A stretch of DNA of 64,000 bases from Pseudomonadota bacterium (GCA_011049115.1 DSCM01000096.1:17158-81157), one strand, 5' to 3'. Shown: positions 1 to 9,695, numbered from the stretch's first letter. The notes: generated from the letters alone by a model not told the origin. Numbers and translations: made by a program.

Positions 1-210
1 CTGCACCGGCATTACCGGGGCATTGATATCGGTATCGGCGAGCAAGTCCGGATTTTTGATCAGAGCATGTACATAATTATCTCCGCCGGTGGTTTTTTTG
101 GGCACCAGCAGGCTGCCGACCAGGTCACTTTCCAACAGCCTGGTTAAAAACGCTTGAATCTCGCCATTAAAGGAGTCAGCAGACAGATCAATGACTGTCG
201 TTTTCATTAT
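1..210 (-). CDS. Partial CDS (N-terminal ~70 codons; gene continues past the window start). N-terminus MKTTVIDLSADSFNGEIQAFLTRLLESDLVGSLLVPKK...NPDLL weakly resembles FrhB/FdhB/AsrA-family Fe-S flavoproteins
   Basis: ATG at ~208-210 on the minus strand, found by hand translation of the reverse complement. It is co-oriented with and immediately downstream of mvhD in the Hdr operon. Family assignment rests on weak pattern similarity only. Confidence 0.3.
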   Translation of the reverse strand, partial: MMKTTVIDLSADSFNGEIQAFLTRLLESDLVGSLLVPKKTTGGDNYVHALIKNPDLLADTDINAPVMPVQ

Positions 211-319
211 CAATTTTCTCCAGATTTAATCATTTTTTGTAATCTACAGCCGCCTAACCCATCGCTTTTCCGCAAGGAAAACTCCGCGTCGACAACCAGC
301 CTGAAATTTTGCAAAAGAA

Positions 320-748
320 CTACAGATCCCATTCGGAAGCCAGCGGATTGGCTCCCTGATCCTGCAGGGCGGCATCGTATTGCCGAATCGTCTCCGCAAA
401 AAGGCGGCCCTCGCTGGCGCTGATCCAGCGCAGCCAGACCCGTTCCGGATCAAGGCCGACACTTTCCATAATCGTTCGCAGCAAGGCAATCCGGCGCCTG
501 GCCTTAAGATTACCGGTCTGGTAATGACAGTCACCGGGATGACAACCACCGATCAGAACCCCGTCGGCCCCGTCAAGCAGCGCTTTCAAAACATAAACAA
601 CATCAATCGCGCCGGAACACATCAGATGAATAATACGGATTCCGGCCGGATACTGCTGTCTGGTAGTGCCGGCCAGATCAGCCCCGGTATAGGTACACCA
701 GTGACAGAGAAAACCGACGATTCTTGGCTCAAAGTTAGGGTCTGCCAT
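320..748 (-). CDS. mvhD: MvhD/FlpD-like methyl-viologen-reducing hydrogenase delta subunit (Hdr-associated [2Fe-2S] protein)
   Basis: 142 aa with Cys pattern FLCHWCTY...HLMCSG...GGCHPGDCHY typical of MvhD. It directly follows the giant HdrA-like gene. Confidence 0.8.
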   Translation of the reverse strand: MADPNFEPRIVGFLCHWCTYTGADLAGTTRQQYPAGIRIIHLMCSGAIDVVYVLKALLDGADGVLIGGCHPGDCHYQTGNLKARRRIALLRTIMESVGLDPERVWLRWISASEGRLFAETIRQYDAALQDQGANPLASEWDL

Positions 749-840
749 ACTTTATTCCTGTATATTTACATTAAAATCAACTACTTAAAAGAAATACCTA
801 CAGTGAAACATGACTGTACGAAAGCATTCACTTCTAAATC

Positions 841-3800
841 TCAGCGCATCAGCTCGCGGCTGACGGCCATCACCTGCCCCTTGTCAAAACCAAGCTGCTG
901 GGTTGCGCCGTTGGGACAGACTGCGGCGCAGGCGCCGCAACCGTGACAAAGGTCGTAATAAACTTCAGCGATCATGGAGCTGAGGTTTATTTGCCGGGCC
1001 CCATAAGGGCAGGCTTCGACACAAAGGCCGCAGCCGCTACATAATCTATTACTGACCTGCACTGCATTTTTAGCGGGGCTCCTTTGCCTGCGGGCCAGAA
1101 CTGTCGCCGCCCGGGAAGCCGCCGCCCGGGAACGAATCAGGGTCTCCTTGATATGCAGCGGGGCCGAGGCCAGGCCGCAATGATAACGCCCCTCGCCGAC
1201 AAAATCAACCAGCGCGGCCTTGCTGTTGGCTTCGGCAAAAAAACCGTACTCATCACGCGGCAATGAAAAGATCTGAGCCAGATCAGCAAAATCCGAGGGC
1301 ACGATACCGGTACTCAAAATCAGCAGATCAGGCCGCAAAGTGACCTTATTTTTCAGAATAAGATCATTGTAACTCAGTTGCAGGGCTGAGCCGACCAGCT
1401 CGACCCGAGGTTTATCCAAAACTTCATAAGGGGTAAACAACACCCCTTGTTCCCGAGCCAGGCGATAATAATCCTCATACAGGCCGTAGGCCCTCAGGTC
1501 ACGATAAAGAACCGTAATCTCGATGGCGAAATCAAGTTCCTTGAGCTTTAAGGCATTTTTTAAAGCCTGTGTACAACAAACCCGGCTGCAATATTCAAGT
1601 TTCCCGGCTTCCCTGGAACCGACGCACTGAATCATAACAATCCGGCGGCTGGAGGCCAGGGTATCAGGCCTGGTCGCAATCCGTTCTTCCAGTTCACTCT
1701 GGGTCAAAACCCGCTCGTCCTGACCTCTAAGGTACTCGTCAGTTACAGCTTCATGGCCTCCGGGCGCCATAATCATGATTCCGTGTTTAATCAGGCGTTC
1801 ACTTTCCTGGCATTCAACCCGAGTGACATAACTCCCAACCCGCCCCTGATGCGCCAGCAAACGTGTATTAAGCAGCACTTCAATACGCGGTTCGGACTCA
1901 ACCCGAGCTCTCATGATAGCCAGTAGCTGCGACGGTTGGGAACCCTCAAGGGTGTAATAAGATTTACGCAAGCGCCCGCCCAGCTCCCCGGTTTTTTCCA
2001 CCAGGGTCACCTGATAGCCGCGACCGGCCAGGGAAAGGGCGCTATTCATCCCGGCAGCTCCACCTCCGACAACCAAGGCCCGTGCTTCCATCACCAGATT
2101 TTGCGTCGGAGCCGGCAAGGTCCGGTAAACCGTCGTGAGAGCGGCAGCAAGCAAGGCCCTGGATTTTTCAAATATAATTTCAGGGCTGCCGGCGTGAACA
2201 AAAAGATTTTGTTCACGCAAATTGGCCACGGCGAAAGCGTTGCGGTTAAAACCGATATCCTCGGCAAAGGCATCAAGTGAACGTTCCAGTTCACGCCCCG
2301 TGCAACCGCCGATGATGATCCGGTTCAAACCATGGGCTCCGATAAAACGGCGCAGACCAAGCAGACCTTCCGGGGCGCATAGATTATCAACTACTTCAAC
2401 GCAGGCCACGGCCGGACGTTTGACAAACTCTTCGGCAAGCGAAGACAGATTGAGCTCCTCCGTCATGGCGCCGTCACAGGCGCAGAGAAAAATTCCGATC
2501 TTCGGTTCTTCCAACCAGACTCCGGTAGGGCTCAAATTAAAGCCATCAAGCTCGGTCTCATTTTCCTCGCTTTCAGGTTCGGCCAGATCCACTGCCACCG
2601 CATCCGCCGCCGCCGCCGCCTCCATCACGGTTTCCGGAATATCCTTAGGACCACAAAAAGCTCCGGCGGCGTAAAGCCCCGGAATTGAGGTCTGCGTCGG
2701 AACGAACTCACCGGTTCGACAGAAACCGTAGTCATCCAGTTCAATTCCGGTCGCCGCGGCAAAATCAAGTTTGGGCGCATCAAAACCCAGGGAAAGAACC
2801 ACCAGGTCAACCTGATCTTCAGCAAAACCGCGACCATCATCGTAGACCAGACTTAAGCCGCCGGTGCGCGGATCTTCCTTGACTGTCGAGACTATCGAAC
2901 GTCGATATTCAATCGCCAATTCATCCTTGGCGCGGTTGAAATAACGCTCGTAATCCTTGCCCATGCCGCGCAGATCCATGTAGTAAACGACAACTTCGGT
3001 TTCAGGACTTCTTTCACGAACAAACATCGCCTGTTTGGTCGCATACATGCAACAAACTGCGGAACAATAGCCCCGGCCACAGGAAACATCGCGGGAACCG
3101 ACACATTGAATAAATGCGATGCGCTTGGGGATCGAACCATCCCGGGGAGAAATCGGGGTTCCCCGACTCGGACCGGAATAACTGATCATACGCTCAAACT
3201 GACGGCTGCTGACCACGTTCTGATAACGTCCGAAACCATACTCTTCTTTTAAAGCCCCATCGACCAGAGAAAAACCGGGGGTCAGAAGAACGGCATCGGC
3301 CTCAAGATCTTCTTCATAAGGGGTTACGGCTTCAAGGTCAATTGCCTGAGTCGGACAGATATTGACACAGGCTCCGCATTTAGTGCAGTTTTCCAGATCA
3401 ATCCTATAGCCCGCTTTGACCATCTTTGGATATTGTTTGTAAATCGCCTTGCGTTCTTCCAACCCGCCGCTGAATTCAAAGGGCACGCTAACCGGACAAA
3501 CCTCAACACAGCGACCGCAATCGATACAGTCTTCCTGGGAAACACCGTACGGCGTAACCGCCAAGCGCAGGACGAAATTGCCGGGCTCCCCCTGTAGGGC
3601 CACAGGCCGGCTGCCGATCCGAATCTCCAGATTTTCATGCAGACGGCACTCGACGAAAGGGCAGTAAGCCGGTTGCTTCGGAGAAAGAAAGCAGACTCCG
3701 CAAGAATTGGTGGGAAACGTATTGTCCAAAAGCGAAAAAAAACCACCAATCGCCGCCTCTTTTTCCACCAGGGTAACCGCAAACCCCTGTTCAGCCAGCT

Positions 3801-3897
3801 GCAGGGCTGCCGTCATACCGGCGAAACCGGCCCCGATCACCGCCACCTTTTTGCGTTTATCATTAATCTTTTTGCTATGTTCAGAGGCCATTTTCAA
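841..3897 (-). CDS. Giant 1018-aa fusion of HdrA-like flavoprotein, MvhD-like domain and a second HdrA-like flavoprotein (HdrL-like)
   Basis: Two Rossmann FAD motifs (VAVIGAGFAGMTAA and ALVVGGGAAGMNSA). Two HdrA signature cysteine clusters (IQCVGSRDVSCGRGYCSAVCCMY and IQCVGSREAGKLEYCSRVCC). Several CxxCxxCxxxCP ferredoxin motifs. A central MvhD-like segment IGIFLCACDG...IIGGCTG. Confidence 0.8.
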   Translation of the reverse strand: MKMASEHSKKINDKRKKVAVIGAGFAGMTAALQLAEQGFAVTLVEKEAAIGGFFSLLDNTFPTNSCGVCFLSPKQPAYCPFVECRLHENLEIRIGSRPVALQGEPGNFVLRLAVTPYGVSQEDCIDCGRCVEVCPVSVPFEFSGGLEERKAIYKQYPKMVKAGYRIDLENCTKCGACVNICPTQAIDLEAVTPYEEDLEADAVLLTPGFSLVDGALKEEYGFGRYQNVVSSRQFERMISYSGPSRGTPISPRDGSIPKRIAFIQCVGSRDVSCGRGYCSAVCCMYATKQAMFVRERSPETEVVVYYMDLRGMGKDYERYFNRAKDELAIEYRRSIVSTVKEDPRTGGLSLVYDDGRGFAEDQVDLVVLSLGFDAPKLDFAAATGIELDDYGFCRTGEFVPTQTSIPGLYAAGAFCGPKDIPETVMEAAAAADAVAVDLAEPESEENETELDGFNLSPTGVWLEEPKIGIFLCACDGAMTEELNLSSLAEEFVKRPAVACVEVVDNLCAPEGLLGLRRFIGAHGLNRIIIGGCTGRELERSLDAFAEDIGFNRNAFAVANLREQNLFVHAGSPEIIFEKSRALLAAALTTVYRTLPAPTQNLVMEARALVVGGGAAGMNSALSLAGRGYQVTLVEKTGELGGRLRKSYYTLEGSQPSQLLAIMRARVESEPRIEVLLNTRLLAHQGRVGSYVTRVECQESERLIKHGIMIMAPGGHEAVTDEYLRGQDERVLTQSELEERIATRPDTLASSRRIVMIQCVGSREAGKLEYCSRVCCTQALKNALKLKELDFAIEITVLYRDLRAYGLYEDYYRLAREQGVLFTPYEVLDKPRVELVGSALQLSYNDLILKNKVTLRPDLLILSTGIVPSDFADLAQIFSLPRDEYGFFAEANSKAALVDFVGEGRYHCGLASAPLHIKETLIRSRAAASRAATVLARRQRSPAKNAVQVSNRLCSGCGLCVEACPYGARQINLSSMIAEVYYDLCHGCGACAAVCPNGATQQLGFDKGQVMAVSRELMR

Positions 3898-3937
3898 CCC
3901 TTAGTTGTTCGCTGAAAGCCGTCGTCTTTTTCAGTCA

Positions 3938-4768
3938 TTACGCGAAAAGTTGCGCCGGATCGTTAAAATGTTTTTTCCACCAGCGTGCCCGGTCCCCGAT
4001 TTGAAAGGCCTCGGCCATCAGTTCAGTGAAATAGAGAATCGGCAGACGCTGTTGTCGAATATCGACATTGGCCTGACACAGAGCGCAGGAAGTCACCAGA
4101 CAGTCAGCCTTGGCGGCCACAGCGTAATCGGCTATCTTATTGACCAGTGCAGTGGTTTTATGGGCATCAATCAGCCCCAGATCGCCACCACAGCAGTCAA
4201 CCTTGCAGGACCAGTCAAGAACCTCGGCTCCGAGATCCGCCATCATGCGGTCTATCCGCCTGGGATTTTCACAGCTGTCGACTCCGGTTACCGCCGCCGG
4301 CCGGACAATGGCGCAACCATAATAACAAACCACCCTCAACCCTTTTAAAGGCTTTCGCACCAATTTTTTAACCGCGGGGCGCAGCTCCTCGCGGGCCAGC
4401 AAATCAACCAGGGAAAGCATGGTTACGCGCTCATCATATTTAAATCCGAATTTTTCTTCAAAAAGAGCTCGCTGGGCTAAATCATGCCGCAGAACATAGT
4501 CGGCCTGCGCCAGGTTACCATAGCAGCCGGCGCAAGGAATGACCAGGTCGCGCCCGCTTTTCTGCGCTTCGCCGACGTTGAAGGCGGAGAGCCCGAGAGC
4601 CAAGGACGACGAAAGGTTATGGGCCGAAGCGGCGCCGCAGCAGCACCAGTCATCCAGCTCCCGCAGTTCAATGCCGAGCGCCTTGATTACCGCCAGACTG
4701 GCTTCAATATACTCCATCGCGGTCGAATGCGAGGTGCATCCGGGATAATATGAATAGGTTTCACCCAT
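3938..4768 (-). CDS. hdrB: Heterodisulfide reductase subunit B-like protein (two CCG domains)
   Basis: 276 aa with YYPGCT, WCCCGA, VVCYYGC, CCGGDLG and TSCALCQ motifs. Confidence 0.85.
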   Translation of the reverse strand: MGETYSYYPGCTSHSTAMEYIEASLAVIKALGIELRELDDWCCCGAASAHNLSSSLALGLSAFNVGEAQKSGRDLVIPCAGCYGNLAQADYVLRHDLAQRALFEEKFGFKYDERVTMLSLVDLLAREELRPAVKKLVRKPLKGLRVVCYYGCAIVRPAAVTGVDSCENPRRIDRMMADLGAEVLDWSCKVDCCGGDLGLIDAHKTTALVNKIADYAVAAKADCLVTSCALCQANVDIRQQRLPILYFTELMAEAFQIGDRARWWKKHFNDPAQLFA

Positions 4769-4874
4769 CGTTTAACTGTGTCCTGATCCGAGATTACCGG
4801 AGAGATAAAAGTTTATGATATCAATGTCTTACCCAGCAAGATCTACAAATCGTCTTGATTTAAAGAACTCCGCC

Positions 4875-5399
4875 CTATTTGCCGGCCTCATTGAAAATCT
4901 TTTTTACGGTTGCGAGATTCTTGCTCTTTTTCGGCAAGATCGGAATTTTACCTCTGAGGAAAAGTTTCAGACCGACATCCAGATCCGAGGTCAGGTTTTT
5001 ACTTCTCAGTTTATAGCTCATCAACATGGTCGCCTCATGCACCCGACCGAATCTTTTGATGCTGTCAATAAACGAGGTGTGCAGGGCCACGGTTGCCGGC
5101 TCAGCCGGAGCAATCCCCTCGGCCAGGCACAAGGCCCGCAGGGAATCCATAACCGGGGCGAGTCTGATTTCATTGGGACAGCGACTGCCGCAAGTCTCAC
5201 AGGAGACACACATCCAGATCGACTTGCTGTTCAAAAGCTCGTCCTTCATGCCGAGCTGAATCATGCGAACCACCACGTTGGGAGCAAAATCAAACTCCTT
5301 GACCATGGGACAGCCAACGCTGCATTTACGGCATTGGTAACAGAGATTCAGCGGCTGACCGCTTTCAGTCATCACTTTTTGCAGAAGGGTTTCAGACAT
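4875..5399 (-). CDS. hdrC: Heterodisulfide reductase subunit C-like 2x[4Fe-4S] protein
   Basis: CYQCRKCSVGCP and CVSCETCGSRCP motifs. The start was moved to the internal ATG (MSETLL), 4 nt after the hdrA stop; the listed upstream start overlaps hdrA. Confidence 0.75.
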   Translation of the reverse strand: MSETLLQKVMTESGQPLNLCYQCRKCSVGCPMVKEFDFAPNVVVRMIQLGMKDELLNSKSIWMCVSCETCGSRCPNEIRLAPVMDSLRALCLAEGIAPAEPATVALHTSFIDSIKRFGRVHEATMLMSYKLRSKNLTSDLDVGLKLFLRGKIPILPKKSKNLATVKKIFNEAGK

Positions 5400-5403
5400 C
5401 TTT

Positions 5404-7386
5404 TTACACCGCCTCGGCTTTGCCGGCAAAATCGCCGATCATCCGGATAAATTGACGGGAAGTCGAATTAATCAACTCACAGGCCTTGTTGGGACAGGCG
5501 GCAATGCAGGCGCCGCAACCCTGGCATACCGCCTGGTTGACCTCGGAAATCCGAGTAAAATTGTTCATCAGGCGAGCTCCGTAAGGGCAGATCTCGATAC
5601 AGATGCCACAGCCGCTGCAGACATCATTTTTAACTTCGGCAATCAGGGGATCGGCAATCAGGGTTTTATTGGAAAACATAGTCTGGATCTTGCCGGCTGT
5701 AGCCAGGGCTTGCGAGACCGTGTCAGTGATATCCTTGGGAGATTGCCCGCACCCGGCGAGATAGACTCCTTTGGTCGAACTTTCCACCGGATAGAGCTTA
5801 ATATGGGTTTCCGAGAGAAAGGCATCGCCGTCAATCGTGACGTTCATCTTTTTGGCAAGATCGCGAATCCCGGTCTTAGGTTCCATGGCCATGGCCAGAA
5901 CCACCAAATCCGCCTCAATCTCCAGCTGGCGGCTACTTAACGTATCACTGGCAAACACCTTGAGCATCCCGTCTTCCGGAATCACCCTGGCAACCCGACC
6001 GCGCACATAAACCAGTTTTTCATCCTCCATGCCCCGCTGAACGAATTCTTCAAAATCACGGCTGTCGGAACGAATATCCATGTAAGAGATATAGGCCGTA
6101 CCGGTTTTAACCTGGCGGCGGTAAAGCCGCGCCTGTTTTGCCGTATACATGCAGCAGGCGCGGGAACAGTACGCTTTATGACGTTCCGGATCACGAGAAC
6201 CGGCACACTGAATAAAGACCACGCTTTCAGGAACCTTACCATTCGAAGGACACACAACCCTGCCGCCGGTAGGACCTTTGGGATCAAGCAGACGTTCAAA
6301 AGTCAAGGCGTCGATGACATCAGGTATGTCACCACCTCCGTATTCGGGGAGATTGGCCGGGTTGTAAAGGTCATAGCCGGTAGCCATGACGATCGCTCCG
6401 ACAAATTCTTTCTGCAAGGCGGGAATCGCCCCAAGATCTATCGCTTTCTCGAGGCAGGCATCACTACATAAAGTACAGGGCTCGACCTCATGGGAAGGGG
6501 CAAAATGTAAACAATCTACCTGGCGCAAAACCGGAATACGGGAAGATTCAAACTGGTTGTAACGAAAGATAGCCCCACGCCGGCTGAGTCCGCGATTAAA
6601 TTCATCGGGATTCGATACCGGACAAACTTCAATGCATTTGCCGCAGGCCGAGCAACGGGCGATGTCGACAAAAGCCGGCTGACTGCGAATGGTAACATTG
6701 AAATTACCAACGTAACCTTCCAGGTTCTCGACCTCTGAACTAGTATAAACTTTTATTTTATGATGGGCGACGACCTCGGCAATCTTCTGTTCCAACATTT
6801 CGGGAACGTTTTGGAAATAGGGAAAAGTCTGACTGATCTGAGCCATGTGGCCGCCGATGGCCGGTTCCTTTTCGATAATCACCACTTCATAGCCGGCATT
6901 GGCCAGGTCAAGCGCCGACATGATCCCGGCGATACCGCCACCGACGACACAAACGCGCTTGGTAAGATCAATCGTGATTGTCTCCAACGGCAGATTTTCT
7001 TTAACCTTGTCAAGCGTCCCGGCAATAATATTGACCGCCTTGGCCGTGGCCAAGGGTTTGTCATTCTGATGAACCCAGCTGCATTGCTCCCGAATATTGG
7101 CGATTTCCAGCAAATAAGAGTTCAAACCAACCAAACCCGCCGCCTTGCGAAAGGTATTTTCATGCATGCGGGGCGAACAACAGGCCACCACCACACCATC
7201 CAACCCCTTTTCCACGATCGTATCCTTGACCTTCTGCTGACCGGGATCGGAGCACATATACATGTAGTTTTCGGCATGCACCACGCCGTCCATTTTCAAG
7301 GTCTCAGCCACGGCCTTGTCCACATCGACACTGCTGGCGATGTTGGAACCGCACCAGCAGACAAAAACACCTAGTTTCTTTTCCAT
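5404..7386 (-). CDS. hdrA: Heterodisulfide reductase subunit A (canonical full-length HdrA)
   Basis: 660 aa. N-terminal Cys-rich domain (VCWCGSN), FAD motif VCVVGGGIAGIMSA, inserted ferredoxin, signature IQCAGSRDPERHKAYCSRACCMY, and C-terminal CSGCGICIEICP / CQGCGACIAACP. Confidence 0.85.
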   Translation of the reverse strand: MEKKLGVFVCWCGSNIASSVDVDKAVAETLKMDGVVHAENYMYMCSDPGQQKVKDTIVEKGLDGVVVACCSPRMHENTFRKAAGLVGLNSYLLEIANIREQCSWVHQNDKPLATAKAVNIIAGTLDKVKENLPLETITIDLTKRVCVVGGGIAGIMSALDLANAGYEVVIIEKEPAIGGHMAQISQTFPYFQNVPEMLEQKIAEVVAHHKIKVYTSSEVENLEGYVGNFNVTIRSQPAFVDIARCSACGKCIEVCPVSNPDEFNRGLSRRGAIFRYNQFESSRIPVLRQVDCLHFAPSHEVEPCTLCSDACLEKAIDLGAIPALQKEFVGAIVMATGYDLYNPANLPEYGGGDIPDVIDALTFERLLDPKGPTGGRVVCPSNGKVPESVVFIQCAGSRDPERHKAYCSRACCMYTAKQARLYRRQVKTGTAYISYMDIRSDSRDFEEFVQRGMEDEKLVYVRGRVARVIPEDGMLKVFASDTLSSRQLEIEADLVVLAMAMEPKTGIRDLAKKMNVTIDGDAFLSETHIKLYPVESSTKGVYLAGCGQSPKDITDTVSQALATAGKIQTMFSNKTLIADPLIAEVKNDVCSGCGICIEICPYGARLMNNFTRISEVNQAVCQGCGACIAACPNKACELINSTSRQFIRMIGDFAGKAEAV

Positions 7387-8807
7387 TAAACCGCTTCCTG
7401 CTGCTTATTACGTCGTACAGAAGAAAGAAAAACCTGAGCTTTGCTGGATGCGGCGCTGCCCTGAGCCGCTGAATCGGCAATATCCTTGGCTCCCAGACAG
7501 CAACCCGCCAGATAAATCCCAGGCCGGCCGCTCTCGACCGGCGAGAGCTTATAGTTTTCCTCGATGAAAAAACCGTCTTTATTGGACTGCAGACCCAGGA
7601 TTTCAGCCAGCTCCTGCGCTCCCTCATTGGGAACCATGGCCGCCGCCAGCACCACCAGGTCGGCTGCAATCTCTATTTTTCTACCACTCAGGGTATCGGC
7701 TCCCTGCACTATAACCTTATCTCCTTCGCGGTAAAGACGGGCGGCCCGGCCGCGAATATAGATGAGCTCTTCTTCCGCTACCGACTGCTGGATAAACTGC
7801 TCATAACCCTTTCCGGTTGACCGAATATCAATATAAAAAATATAGACCTGGCCGTCATGAACCTTATGTTTGTAAAGGCGGGCGTGCTTGGCGGTATACA
7901 TACAGCAGACCCGGGAACAATAGGATTTATGAAACTCAGGATTCCGTGAACCGACACACTGGATAAAAACAATCTCTTTCGGAGTTTTCCCGTCGGAAGG
8001 GCGAACCATGGCTCCGGCCGACGGCCCCGAGGCGGAAAGATAGCGCTCAAAGGTCAGACCGTCGATGACATCGGGAATCTCGCCACCTCCGAATTCAGGC
8101 ATCTTCTTTTTCCAGTCGTAAATATCGAAACCAGTGGCCACGATAATGGCTCCAACCTGAACCTCGAAGAAACTTTCCTGCTGCTCGTAATCAATCGCCC
8201 CGACCGGACAGACCTTGGCGCAAACCCCACATTTACCCCTGGTTAGGTAGCGGCAGCGTTCAGCATCGATCACCGGCTTGTTTGGCACCGCCTGCGGCGA
8301 CAGCGTATAAATCGCGGTCATTTTACCGGCATCCCGTTCAAACATGGCGATCCCATTGCTCGGACACTTCTGAATACAGGTACCGCACCCGGTGCATTTA
8401 TTCCAGTCAACATAAGTTTTTTTCTGTCTGACCCGAATCGTGAAATTACCCGGTTCGCCTGTCAGGGCCTCTACCTCGCAACTGGTTTTCAGGGTAACCT
8501 TGGGATGCTGCCCCGACTCAACCGTTCGTGGGGTCAAAGTACACTGGGCGCAATCAAGCGTCGGAAAAGTCTCGGAAAGTTGCAGCATCCGACCACCGAC
8601 CGACGGTAGCCTCTCAACCAAAAGTACCTGATAACCGGCATTCCCGAGGTCGATAGCAGAGGTAATACCGGTGATTCCGCCTCCGATAACCATTACCCGA
8701 CGATCAACCGGAACGCTTTCAAAGTCGCTCATACCCCCGAATACGCAGGCGCAGGAAAGCTGTTCGCCTTTTTGTTCGCCGCTCAGTTCAATTATTTCAG
8801 CCATCAA
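7386..8807 (-). CDS. Truncated HdrA-like flavoprotein lacking the N-terminal and C-terminal ferredoxin domains
   Basis: 473 aa. FAD motif VMVIGGGITGITSA and signature IQCVGSRNPEFHKSYCSRVCCMY. Inserted ferredoxin CTGCGTCIQKCP / CGVCAKVCP. Its stop forms a TAATG overlap with the next hdrA start. Confidence 0.75.
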   Translation of the reverse strand: MMAEIIELSGEQKGEQLSCACVFGGMSDFESVPVDRRVMVIGGGITGITSAIDLGNAGYQVLLVERLPSVGGRMLQLSETFPTLDCAQCTLTPRTVESGQHPKVTLKTSCEVEALTGEPGNFTIRVRQKKTYVDWNKCTGCGTCIQKCPSNGIAMFERDAGKMTAIYTLSPQAVPNKPVIDAERCRYLTRGKCGVCAKVCPVGAIDYEQQESFFEVQVGAIIVATGFDIYDWKKKMPEFGGGEIPDVIDGLTFERYLSASGPSAGAMVRPSDGKTPKEIVFIQCVGSRNPEFHKSYCSRVCCMYTAKHARLYKHKVHDGQVYIFYIDIRSTGKGYEQFIQQSVAEEELIYIRGRAARLYREGDKVIVQGADTLSGRKIEIAADLVVLAAAMVPNEGAQELAEILGLQSNKDGFFIEENYKLSPVESGRPGIYLAGCCLGAKDIADSAAQGSAASSKAQVFLSSVRRNKQQEAV

Positions 8808-8819
8808 TCAAACCTTATC

Positions 8820-9695
8820 TCAGGAAACCAGACCCTTGTCCCGCAACAGCGGAAGCGGATCAATCAGATTACGCTCAAAGCCCAGATCTTCAGCGGGCAG
8901 ATCGAGGGCAATCGCCAGCAACTGGGTAAAATAGACTACCGGAATGGTTTTAAAGGCCGCATCGCTTTGCACAATCTCAGCTTGCCGGTCATCAAGATTA
9001 AACTGACATAAAGGACAAGTGGTGATCACCAGATCGGCTCCGTTGCCGGAAGCATTCCGGAGAATGTCACGCGAGCAGCGAGTTGCCGTTGTCATCGAGT
9101 GAACCGTCTGAAAAGCACCGCAGCATTCGATCCGGTAAGGAAAGGGCACCGGTTCACCGCCTAGAGCCCGAACAAAATCTTCAAAAATAGTCGGGTTTTC
9201 CATGGCATCAAGAGCGATCTCCTTGACCGGACGCAGCAGCAGGCATCCATAATAACAGGCCACCTTGAGACCGGCCAGAGGTTTAACCACCGTATCCTGC
9301 AAGACTTTAAAACCGATTTCATCGCGCAATACCTGGAGATAATGCAGAACATCAACCTCTCCATGGTATTGACGTTCAATAAAATCGGTAATCTTGCTCC
9401 GCCGCTCCTCGTCGTTGCGCATGACGTTGTTGGTGCGCTTAAGCACATTGAAACAGACCGAACAAAGCGTTACCAGCTTATTATCGCCCCGATCTTTGGT
9501 ATCGGCCAGAATCCTGGTCGGCCCCGACATCGCGATATGATAATCGTTGGTCAACGGAAAGGTTGCACCGCAACAGGTCCAGTCGGGCAGTTCGTCAAGC
9601 TCAAAACCCAGCTTCCGGCTGCATTCGCGACCGGCGTCATCAAGTTTCTTGGCCTTGGTATAAAGGGTACATCCGGGAAAGTATGAATACTTCAT
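8820..9695 (-). CDS. hdrB: Heterodisulfide reductase subunit B-like protein (two CCG domains)
   Basis: 291 aa with FPGCT, WTCCGA, VACYYGC, ECCGAF and TTCPLCQ motifs. Confidence 0.85.
   Translation of the reverse strand: MKYSYFPGCTLYTKAKKLDDAGRECSRKLGFELDELPDWTCCGATFPLTNDYHIAMSGPTRILADTKDRGDNKLVTLCSVCFNVLKRTNNVMRNDEERRSKITDFIERQYHGEVDVLHYLQVLRDEIGFKVLQDTVVKPLAGLKVACYYGCLLLRPVKEIALDAMENPTIFEDFVRALGGEPVPFPYRIECCGAFQTVHSMTTATRCSRDILRNASGNGADLVITTCPLCQFNLDDRQAEIVQSDAAFKTIPVVYFTQLLAIALDLPAEDLGFERNLIDPLPLLRDKGLVS

Noticed and set aside
380-946. Plus-strand ORFs of 60-210 aa lying antisense within the Hdr cluster (e.g. 380-946, 2222-2674, 4815-5450, 5452-5940, 6760-7374)
   Set aside because: They overlap well-supported minus-strand Hdr genes end to end. 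Their translations are low-complexity, Arg/Pro/Ser-rich, typical of antisense frames in GC-rich DNA, and they carry no motifs
7386-7390. Possibility that the 473-aa and 660-aa hdrA ORFs are one selenocysteine-containing gene split at a UGA
   Set aside because: The junction is TAATG (the stop is TAA, not TGA). The downstream protein also begins with a complete HdrA N-terminal domain
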